From Chitinophagaceae bacterium (GTDB taxonomy: Bacteria > Bacteroidota > Bacteroidia > Chitinophagales > Chitinophagaceae): a stretch of 64,000 nt of DNA. The stretch lies in the NCBI GenBank assembly GCA_043752205.1, contig JAYUYX010000141.1, positions 14,304 to 78,303 of the forward strand. Direction: 5' to 3'. Below are positions 27,373-35,055 of this stretch, one piece after another. The position numbers and the translations under genes were made by a program. How positions within the stretch are numbered: position 1 is the stretch's first letter; every line of letters starts with the position of its first letter. Under the pieces are notes generated by a model. The model was not told the DNA's origin and did no database searches. It worked only from the letters and a program-made list of their open reading frames with translations.

Positions 27373-28992
27373 TTAATGTGCAGATTGTACACTTTCTGTG
27401 TTTTCAATTTTATAGACTTCTTTAAAACCTATCAATTGCAGCTGTATATTCTTTAATGGAACTTTAATATCCTTAAACTCTTTGATCAGCCCTAGCACGT
27501 CATAATCAATATATCGTGTATTGGAAGCATCAATTATTACCGAGGTGTTTTTTGGGATATGATCCAATGTCTCCCGGATAGCTGCTTTATTCAAAAATGA
27601 TACTTCTTCCGAAAGTTTGATAGTAACAGTATCTCCTTCTCTATGTTTTTCTGAATGAAAAAAGTAAGAGTTCTTAAGATTTCCGTGTAAAAGAGCACCA
27701 ATAGCCGCTACGATTCCCGCCAGTACTCCTATAACAAGTCCTTTACCACTTAATGCCGGTATTATTGCAAATAGGTCAACAGCAATGATCACCAACACGG
27801 TGACTATAAAAGGTATGAATTGGTATTTTCCGGCCTTCCAAAATCCTTTGAATACAGAAGGGTTGGCCAATTTCCAACCTGTTAGGATCAGAATGGCGGC
27901 AAGCGCTCCTTTGGGCATCATATTCAATATCCCGGGAATTAATATCACGGTTAGCAGCAATAACATCGCATGGAAAATTGCAGAGAGCTTAGTTTTCGCT
28001 CCTGCATTTACGTTAGCACTGCTTCTTACTATCACACTTGTTATTGGCAAACCTCCAATTAAACCCGATAAAGTATTGCCTGCACCCTGTGCCATTAACT
28101 CCCTGTTAGTATTGGTTACTCTCCTTTCCGGATCCAGGTTATCAATAGCTTCTATACTCAACAAGCTTTCTAACGACGCTATTATGGCAATGATAAAGCC
28201 ATACATAATAACAGTGCCGTTTGTAAATCCACTAAAATCGGGGAGTGTAAAAAATCCAAAAAACTCACTGGCGTTTTGTGCTACAGGTAATTTTATCAGG
28301 TGAGACTCTTCTATAATTTGTAAATTACTACTTGATGCAATCCAGATCTGATTGAGCACAATAGCCAACACTACCGCTACCAATGCGCTGGGGATATAAG
28401 GTAATTTTTTCTTTAAAGGAGATCTATCCCATAATACCATTATTAGTATAGAAAGAAGGGAAATGATAACAACCCCTACTTCAATTTTTTGTAAGGGGAT
28501 TAACAGTTCGTGCCAGTCGCCACCGGTAAAGGGCATTACATCAATCAGATGGCCAGACTCATCTTTATCTCTTCCGAATATATGCGGAATTTGCTTGGCA
28601 ATAATTAATATACCAATGCTGGTAAGCAAACCTTTTATAACGCTTGATGGAATATAATTGGCAATTCCGCCCAGCTTTAATGCACCTAATGCTATTTGTA
28701 TTAACCCTGCCAGCACAACCGCACATAAAAAGAGGCCATAATTCTCTAACCCTCCCAGGGCTATAATGGCTCCAGATACCAGTGTAGCCAATCCTGCAGC
28801 CGGACCGCTAACGCTCAATGGTGAATTACTTAACGAGCCTACAACCAGGCCGCCAATGATACCGGCAATTAAACCGCTAAAAGGCGTGGCTCCACTAGCT
28901 ACAGCAATAGCTATACATAATGGTAAGGCAACCAGAAAAACAACCAGGCCCGCAGGTAGGTCATTTTTTAAATAATTTGTATTGATTTTCAT
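27373..28992 (-). CDS. SulP family anion transporter with STAS domain (paralogue of 12008-13567)
   Basis: 539 aa with the same conserved SulP blocks (LPLCIAIAVASGA, SVSGPAAGLA, NRELMAQGAGN) and a C-terminal STAS domain. Confidence 0.9.
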   Translation of the reverse strand: MKINTNYLKNDLPAGLVVFLVALPLCIAIAVASGATPFSGLIAGIIGGLVVGSLSNSPLSVSGPAAGLATLVSGAIIALGGLENYGLFLCAVVLAGLIQIALGALKLGGIANYIPSSVIKGLLTSIGILIIAKQIPHIFGRDKDESGHLIDVMPFTGGDWHELLIPLQKIEVGVVIISLLSILIMVLWDRSPLKKKLPYIPSALVAVVLAIVLNQIWIASSSNLQIIEESHLIKLPVAQNASEFFGFFTLPDFSGFTNGTVIMYGFIIAIIASLESLLSIEAIDNLDPERRVTNTNRELMAQGAGNTLSGLIGGLPITSVIVRSSANVNAGAKTKLSAIFHAMLLLLTVILIPGILNMMPKGALAAILILTGWKLANPSVFKGFWKAGKYQFIPFIVTVLVIIAVDLFAIIPALSGKGLVIGVLAGIVAAIGALLHGNLKNSYFFHSEKHREGDTVTIKLSEEVSFLNKAAIRETLDHIPKNTSVIIDASNTRYIDYDVLGLIKEFKDIKVPLKNIQLQLIGFKEVYKIENTESVQSAH

Positions 28993-29139
28993 CTTGTATT
29001 TAGTTTTAGCTATATGTTTTGCTTTTCTGTACCGAAAAGTTTTAAAGGTGCCTTAAACAAGACCATTAAGAAATGGTAACATTGCTTTGTTGTAGAGTGT
29101 GGCTTTAGTTAGCCACTAACTAGAAAGGGGTGTCCAGGA

Positions 29140-29511
29140 TCAGCACCTGTTCGGGGGAGGAACAAGCAGTTCTCCATGATAAGCGATATAAGTGTCTACA
29201 TTATCAAGTTTATGATACTGCATGGCTAAAGAAAAGAAAAAGTCTGTTTTGTGATTGTCGTGGAGAAATTCTTCTGAAACAGAATTGCTACCAGGTGTTT
29301 TTTCTTCAGTATTAGCACCAGGTGTTTTAGTGGTTTCTTCTTCGCTACCGGCAAGTGGGGCGGAAGTTTTTTCCATCTTATGCTTTTTGGCCACTTCCTG
29401 CTGGCTTGCTATCAGAAAAGGGGTGCTCACCGTAAGCCACATCAATGCCAGTATCATTACAACGGCAGATACCAGTTGGTAAACACTATATATTTTACGG
29501 CTTTTCCTCAT
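29140..29511 (-). CDS. hypothetical single-pass membrane protein
   Basis: 123 aa. One N-terminal TM (YQLVSAVVMILALMWLTVSTPFLIA), an acidic Thr/Glu-rich linker with internal repeat TKTPGAN/EKTPGSN, and a His-rich C-terminus ending HGELLVPPP. It is co-directional with and upstream of sulP. I recognise no family. Confidence 0.45.
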   Translation of the reverse strand: MRKSRKIYSVYQLVSAVVMILALMWLTVSTPFLIASQQEVAKKHKMEKTSAPLAGSEEETTKTPGANTEEKTPGSNSVSEEFLHDNHKTDFFFSLAMQYHKLDNVDTYIAYHGELLVPPPNRC

Positions 29512-29626
29512 AAAGAGGCTGCAAGATACTGCATAACATTTTTTAAACCAACATTTAAGGGAGCTTCAACATGGAAGTAATAAAAATATGACAGAGATAT
29601 AACAGTAGTTTCTAATTATTGTTGGT

Positions 29627-30391
29627 CTAGCTACGGCTTTTAAATTTTTCAATGGCGTTTTTTGTGAAATCGCTAAGAACCAGTTTACCACTGATGGCAG
29701 CTCTTTCTTTTAATAATTCATCCCAGTGCTCCGTGCCTTTCCAGAATATTTTTTTCATTTCGGCCATTGCCAGCGGGTTTGAATGTGCTAATGTATTTGC
29801 AAGCCTGTCAACAGCTTCGTCCATGTTTTCAATGCTTTCATGTACTTCTGCAAACAAACCTTTTCTTTTTGCCCAATCTGTACTTCGCCAACCTGCAGCA
29901 TCAATTGCAAGGGCGCTGAAAGGGCCAACACCTATTTTTCTTTCTATTGCCGGACCAACCACAAAGGGGCCAATACCTACTGCCAATTCACTCAATTTTA
30001 TTTCGGCCTTATTTGTTGCAATAGCATAATCAACTGCTGCTGCTAAACCCACTCCGCCGCCAACACATTTTCCCTGTATCCTGCCGATTATAAATTTGGG
30101 GCATTTTCGCATGGCATTGATCACATTAGCAAAACCACTAAAAAACTGCAACCCCTCTTTTTCATTTTTAATAGAAACCAGTTCATCAAAACTTGCACCT
30201 GAGCAAAATGTTTTATCGCCCCCGCTTTTTAAAATGATCACCCTGGTATCATCATGTGTGCCAGCAAAATGAATTTCACGGGCAAGCTGCTCTAAAATTT
30301 TCCCCGGCAAACTGTTACTTTGCGGATGAAAAAATTCAATAGTGTTTATGCCGTGTTCTATATGGCTTGTTACATATGCTTCTGTGTTCAT
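29627..30391 (-). CDS. enoyl-CoA hydratase/isomerase (crotonase) family protein
   Basis: 254 aa. Oxyanion-hole blocks FCSGASFDE and GKCVGGGVGLAAAVD are present. Confidence 0.85.
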   Translation of the reverse strand: MNTEAYVTSHIEHGINTIEFFHPQSNSLPGKILEQLAREIHFAGTHDDTRVIILKSGGDKTFCSGASFDELVSIKNEKEGLQFFSGFANVINAMRKCPKFIIGRIQGKCVGGGVGLAAAVDYAIATNKAEIKLSELAVGIGPFVVGPAIERKIGVGPFSALAIDAAGWRSTDWAKRKGLFAEVHESIENMDEAVDRLANTLAHSNPLAMAEMKKIFWKGTEHWDELLKERAAISGKLVLSDFTKNAIEKFKSRS

Positions 30392-30421
30392 AAAAATGTT
30401 TTCTCTAATAAAAGTATAATC

Positions 30422-32494
30422 TTATTGCGCTTTCTTAGCTACCATTGTTAAAATAGTTGCAACACCCGTTACCTCATTTGTTTCATCTATCATTTCTACC
30501 AACCACTTAACTATTCCCTTATCAATATCATCGCCTCTTTTAAAATCTTCTGGTTTTTCTACAACACGTTTATCATTCAGTAATTTTTGTTTGCAGGTAA
30601 AACGGATATGAATTTCGCTGCCGGGGTAAACGGGTTTAGTGAACCGCAGTTCATCAATACCGTAATTCAACAGCACCGGATTCTTCGCATAGCTATCAAC
30701 AAATAATCCTGCTGCAATGCTCATAATAAAATAACCGTGTGCCACCTGCTGCTCAAACATGGTGCCTTCAAAATCGGTGGTTTTAATATGAGCATAAAAA
30801 TGATCGCCGCTCAGGTCAGCAAACTTATCAATGTCTTCTGATGTGATCACTCTTTTTTCTGTGATGATCTGTTCTCCGATCTCCAGCTCTTCAAAATATT
30901 TAGTAAAGGGGTGTTTGCCGGAATCTTTTCCCTTTGCATATTGCTGGTAAATATTGGTGATGGCGGTAATGGTTGTTGGCGATCCCTGAATAGCAGTGCG
31001 CTGCAGGTAATGCTTTACGCCACGCAATCCGCCCATCTCTTCGCCGCCGCCGGCCCGGCCCGGGCCGCCATGCACCAGTAACGGTAATGGAGAACCATGG
31101 CCTGTACTTTCTTTAGCACATTCGTTATTTAAAATTAAAATACGGCCATGGTGCGTTGCTGCACCAATAACATATTGCTGTGCCAGTTTATGATCGGCAG
31201 TAACAATGGTGGAACATAAACTTCCTTTACCGAGTTTGCTTAATGCGATCGCATCTTCCGCATTTTTGTATGGCATGATGGTACTTACTGGTCCAAATGC
31301 TTCTACCTCGTGCACCGCTTTTGCATTAAACGGATCTTTATTCATTAATAATATCGGCGACATAAATGCACCTTTGTCTGCATCTGCATCAATTACTTCA
31401 ACACTGTCCAGGCTGCCATAAATTATTTGTGAAGACACCAGTAGTTTTTGTACCTGCTCTTTTACTTCCTGCCGCTGTGACTGCCCGGCAAGCGAGCCCA
31501 TTCTTACTTTTTCATTCAATGGATTTCCGATCACCGTTTGTGCCAGCGCTGTATTGATCCCTTTCCAAACATCTTCCATTTTATTTTCCGGTACAAATAT
31601 GCGGCGTATGCCTGTGCAGCGTTGTCCAGCCTTCAAAGTCATTTCCCGTCGCACTTCTTTAATAAAGATATCCCACTCAGGCATTCCCGGTGCTACATCT
31701 TGGCCAAGCACAATGCAATTAAGCGAATCTGCTTCCATATTAAAAGGCACATTCTCTTTTAAAATATTGGGATTCGTTTTTAACATCAACCCTGTTGATG
31801 CTGAGCCTGTAAATGTTACTACATCCTGTGAGTTAACATGATCTAATATATCTCCTGCGCCGCCGCACAATAATTGTAATGAGCCTTCGGGTAAAATTTT
31901 ACTGGCAATGATCTCTTTTACTACCGCTTCGGTAACATAGCATGTAACACTTGCTGGCTTTACAACGCAGGGCATACCTGCCAATAAATTAACGGCAATT
32001 TTTTCAAGCATACCCCATACGGGAAAATTAAATGCGTTGATATGTACAGCAACGCCTTCTTTAGGTACTAGAATATGCGTACCCATAAAAGTATTATTCT
32101 GGCTTAGGTTATGGCTGTCGCCATCAACACAAAAAACATCATTGGGAAATTTGCGGCGTAGTGATGCATTGGCAAAAAGATTGCCGATACCACCTTCAAT
32201 ATCTACCCAGCTATCTGCTTTTGTTGCGCCCGTCTTATAACTGATGGCATAAAATTTATCCAGGTGGTTTCTTAAATGAAGGGCCAGTGCCTTCAGCATA
32301 TTTCCCCGCTCATGAAAGGTCATTTTTCTTAACGCCGGGTTACCAACAGTTCTACCGTATTCAAGAATATTTTTAAAATCAAATCCTTTTGTTGTTGCGA
32401 TAGCAACAGCTTCGCCGGTAACAGCATTAAATAATTGTTGTCCGTCTCCATCTCCTGTTATCCAGTTACCGGTTATATAGTTTTCAAGTTTCAT
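30422..32494 (-). CDS. paaZ: bifunctional aldehyde dehydrogenase / MaoC-hydratase, PaaZ-like
   Basis: The N-terminal ALDH contains TGATKADSWVDIEGGIGNLF, close to E. coli PaaZ as I recall it. The C-terminus is a MaoC hot-dog domain. The ATG at 32494 (MKLENYITGNW) is preferred over the track start. Confidence 0.85.
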   Translation of the reverse strand: MKLENYITGNWITGDGDGQQLFNAVTGEAVAIATTKGFDFKNILEYGRTVGNPALRKMTFHERGNMLKALALHLRNHLDKFYAISYKTGATKADSWVDIEGGIGNLFANASLRRKFPNDVFCVDGDSHNLSQNNTFMGTHILVPKEGVAVHINAFNFPVWGMLEKIAVNLLAGMPCVVKPASVTCYVTEAVVKEIIASKILPEGSLQLLCGGAGDILDHVNSQDVVTFTGSASTGLMLKTNPNILKENVPFNMEADSLNCIVLGQDVAPGMPEWDIFIKEVRREMTLKAGQRCTGIRRIFVPENKMEDVWKGINTALAQTVIGNPLNEKVRMGSLAGQSQRQEVKEQVQKLLVSSQIIYGSLDSVEVIDADADKGAFMSPILLMNKDPFNAKAVHEVEAFGPVSTIMPYKNAEDAIALSKLGKGSLCSTIVTADHKLAQQYVIGAATHHGRILILNNECAKESTGHGSPLPLLVHGGPGRAGGGEEMGGLRGVKHYLQRTAIQGSPTTITAITNIYQQYAKGKDSGKHPFTKYFEELEIGEQIITEKRVITSEDIDKFADLSGDHFYAHIKTTDFEGTMFEQQVAHGYFIMSIAAGLFVDSYAKNPVLLNYGIDELRFTKPVYPGSEIHIRFTCKQKLLNDKRVVEKPEDFKRGDDIDKGIVKWLVEMIDETNEVTGVATILTMVAKKAQ

Positions 32495-32636
32495 GCAATC
32501 GTATCTTTTTATAAAGATCAAAGTTAACAAGAGAAGTTGTCTAAAACACAGCTTCCCACAAAGCCGCAAAATACACAAAGGCATTTTTGACGATCATTAT
32601 ACATGCTTTGTGGTCTTCGTTCCTTTGTGGGAAATA

Positions 32637-33104
32637 TTAGAACAACCCGAATTGTTTCAGGTGGTGTGTTACATGTTTATAATGCAGTAAAATCCATTCT
32701 TCAAAATTCAACTCTCCAAAAACAGGGTGAATGGTTTGCTTGCCGGTATGGTCTTTAAAGTATTGTTCAAAATAAGCAATGGCGCTTTCCAGTTTGCCAA
32801 GAGCTTCTTCCATTGTTGCATGCCTGAGTGGTAAAGGTTCTTCGCCTATCACCGTGATAGGGGCTTTTGTATTTTCCCTGAATTCCTTATCGCTTAACAG
32901 GAACTCTTTATACTTAGGTAAATGTTCAGCAGGGGTTACCAGGTCGAATTTTATTTTTTCGGTTGATACATAAAAAAAAGCAGCAACATGCTCTATCATC
33001 TGCTGTGTATTCATCTTGCCCCATTTTCCAACTGCATCAGCAGCTATCTTTTTAAATAAAGGCATTGCTTCTTTGGTAACAAAGTGTAGCTTTTGCTGAT
33101 CCAT
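32637..33104 (-). CDS. DinB-superfamily / DUF1569-like protein
   Basis: About 155 aa helical protein with His-containing motifs (MIEHV, HYKHVTHHLKQFGL) typical of DinB-like four-helix bundles. The start at 33104 avoids overlap with adk. Confidence 0.55.
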   Translation of the reverse strand: MDQQKLHFVTKEAMPLFKKIAADAVGKWGKMNTQQMIEHVAAFFYVSTEKIKFDLVTPAEHLPKYKEFLLSDKEFRENTKAPITVIGEEPLPLRHATMEEALGKLESAIAYFEQYFKDHTGKQTIHPVFGELNFEEWILLHYKHVTHHLKQFGLF

Positions 33105-33135
33105 GGCTGGTATTTTAATAACTAATGTAATGGCT

Positions 33136-33711
33136 TTATGCCCGTTGATCAATTTCTTCGCAAAGCCTGTTGAATATCTCCTCTACAGATCCTTCTCCTT
33201 TCACCATTACTACCTTATCAAACTGTTGATAATAATCTGCCACTGCTGCTGTTTTGGTGCGGTATTCTACTATCCGAGCCCTGATAACGCTATCGTTGGT
33301 ATCATCACTTCTGCCACTTGTCTCTCCTCTTTTCAATAATCTTTTTATCAGTTCTTCTTCGCTTACATCTAAAGCCAGCATTACCGCAATGGGGGCCTTT
33401 TTTAAATCCAATAATCTGTCAAGTGCTTTGGCCTGTGCCGGTGTTCTTGGAAAACCATCAAATAAAAATCCTTTAGCTCCCGGGTTTTCATCCAAGGCTG
33501 AACTGATCATACCAATCACCACTTCATCCGGTACCAGCTGTCCTTTATCCATAAAATTCTGTGCTTCCTTACCAAGTGCTGTCTGGTTACATATTTCACT
33601 ACGCAACAGGTCGCCTGTACTCAGGTGCTTAAGGCCATACCTGGCGATCAATTTTTCGCTTTGTGTACCTTTTCCACTACCGGGGGGTCCAAATAAAATT
33701 AAATTAAACAT
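33136..33711 (-). CDS. adk: adenylate kinase
   Basis: P-loop GPPGSGKGTQ, LSTGDLLR and DGFPRT; 191 aa counted from the ATG at 33711 (MFNLILFG). Confidence 0.92.
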   Translation of the reverse strand: MFNLILFGPPGSGKGTQSEKLIARYGLKHLSTGDLLRSEICNQTALGKEAQNFMDKGQLVPDEVVIGMISSALDENPGAKGFLFDGFPRTPAQAKALDRLLDLKKAPIAVMLALDVSEEELIKRLLKRGETSGRSDDTNDSVIRARIVEYRTKTAAVADYYQQFDKVVMVKGEGSVEEIFNRLCEEIDQRA

Positions 33712-33848
33712 ATAATTTATTCCTGATGAAGAAAGCAAATATAACAATCGTACTTTAAATATTAACACAAACATTAACAGGTTTAAAATCTTAAAATATC
33801 CTGTTTTCGTACATTAAAAACTATTTATACCGAAATTTGTTTAATCAT

Positions 33849-34409
33849 ATGCAAGCTTATATTTACATAACACTCATCGTTTCTTTATTAGTAACGGGCT
33901 GCGCCGATGGAACTGTTAAACAAACAAACACTACTACTATGGAATCCAATAAAAATACAAATCCTGTTTTTTCTAAAACCGATACTGCCAAATTAGACAT
34001 CAGCAATGATGAATGGAAAAAGGTTTTACCTGCCGATGTTTATAATATTGCCCGTGAAAAAGGAACTGAAAGGGCTTTCACCGGTAAATTTTGGGACCAT
34101 AAAGAAGGCGGTACCTATTACTGCGCTGCTTGCGGCAATGCCTTGTTCAACAGTAATGGTAAATTCGACAGTAACTGCGGCTGGCCAAGTTTTTTTGAAC
34201 CCATTAGTAAAGGAAGCATAATTTATGCACCGGACAATACCTATGGCATGAAGCGTACAGAAGTAATGTGCGGCAAATGTAAAGCGCACTTAGGCCATGT
34301 ATTTGAAGATGGCCCTCCTCCAACCGGTTTACGTTATTGCATCAATTCAGTGATACTCGATTTTGAGAAAGCAACTGATGCTGAGAAAGCTTTTGATAAA
34401 AAGAGCTGA
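33849..34409 (+). CDS. msrB: peptide-methionine (R)-S-oxide reductase, lipoprotein form
   Basis: Lipobox LLVTGC, zinc Cys pairs CAACGNALF and CGKCKAH, and the catalytic motif RYCINS. Confidence 0.9.
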   Translation: MQAYIYITLIVSLLVTGCADGTVKQTNTTTMESNKNTNPVFSKTDTAKLDISNDEWKKVLPADVYNIAREKGTERAFTGKFWDHKEGGTYYCAACGNALFNSNGKFDSNCGWPSFFEPISKGSIIYAPDNTYGMKRTEVMCGKCKAHLGHVFEDGPPPTGLRYCINSVILDFEKATDAEKAFDKKS

Positions 34410-34898
34410 TCAATCTGCTTTTCTAACACAAACTAAATGACAAAGTTCCACTTTGCCTACATTATAAAAGGCGCCGCTGTAAAAATATTTCGTTACTGCC
34501 TGCGTTCCGTTTGCTTCTGTTGAACTCCAGATGGTCATTTTCTCATCCAACTTAAGTTTCTCAAAATTGATATGTATCACATTGGTTTCTTCCTTGCAGG
34601 GAAGATACCAGTCTGTATATCCGCCGGCGGTAAGGCTGTCGCAAACCTTTGCTGCATAAGGCTTTCCTTCGTAACCAGTATTTTTACCAACGGCAGCTAC
34701 AATGGCTTTGGTGTTGGCTGCACCATCTGTTTCGCTTTGTGCCGGATTACCAATTTGCTCATAACCACCCCAAGTAATGCGATCCATAAAAGTCATATCG
34801 GCTATCATAAGCTTTTTACCATTGCCCTCAATTGTTGAAATTTTTTGGGCTGCTGCATGAGCAGAAAAGAATAACACAACGATCAATATATATTTCAT
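34410..34898 (-). CDS. DUF1566 (Lcl C-terminal-like) domain exported protein
   Basis: Signal peptide and the motif GGYTDWYLPCKEE typical of DUF1566. Its stop abuts the msrB stop (TGATCA). Confidence 0.55.
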   Translation of the reverse strand: MKYILIVVLFFSAHAAAQKISTIEGNGKKLMIADMTFMDRITWGGYEQIGNPAQSETDGAANTKAIVAAVGKNTGYEGKPYAAKVCDSLTAGGYTDWYLPCKEETNVIHINFEKLKLDEKMTIWSSTEANGTQAVTKYFYSGAFYNVGKVELCHLVCVRKAD

Positions 34899-35055
34899 AA
34901 CAATAATTTAGAGAGGTAAATAAAGTATAAATTTTTGAGAATATCTGTAAAATTTATCCCTCAATGTGTTACCGGCATATTCCAAAATACCCATTCATCA
35001 TTTCTTATTTGCCGGCTCGTCTTTTTTTTGCACCTTCATTGCCTAAATACTAACA

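Noticed and set aside
27785-28303. Other large shadow ORFs in the track, for example 27785-28303, 44528-45007, 33254-33715, 29652-30029, 231-506, 7347-7679, 35526-35855, 37029-37685, 40636-40917 and 24109-24546.
   Set aside because: Each is fully embedded, antisense or out of frame, in a longer ORF with clear family motifs. Their translations are low-complexity or Ser/Leu/Pro-rich, as is typical of non-coding frames.
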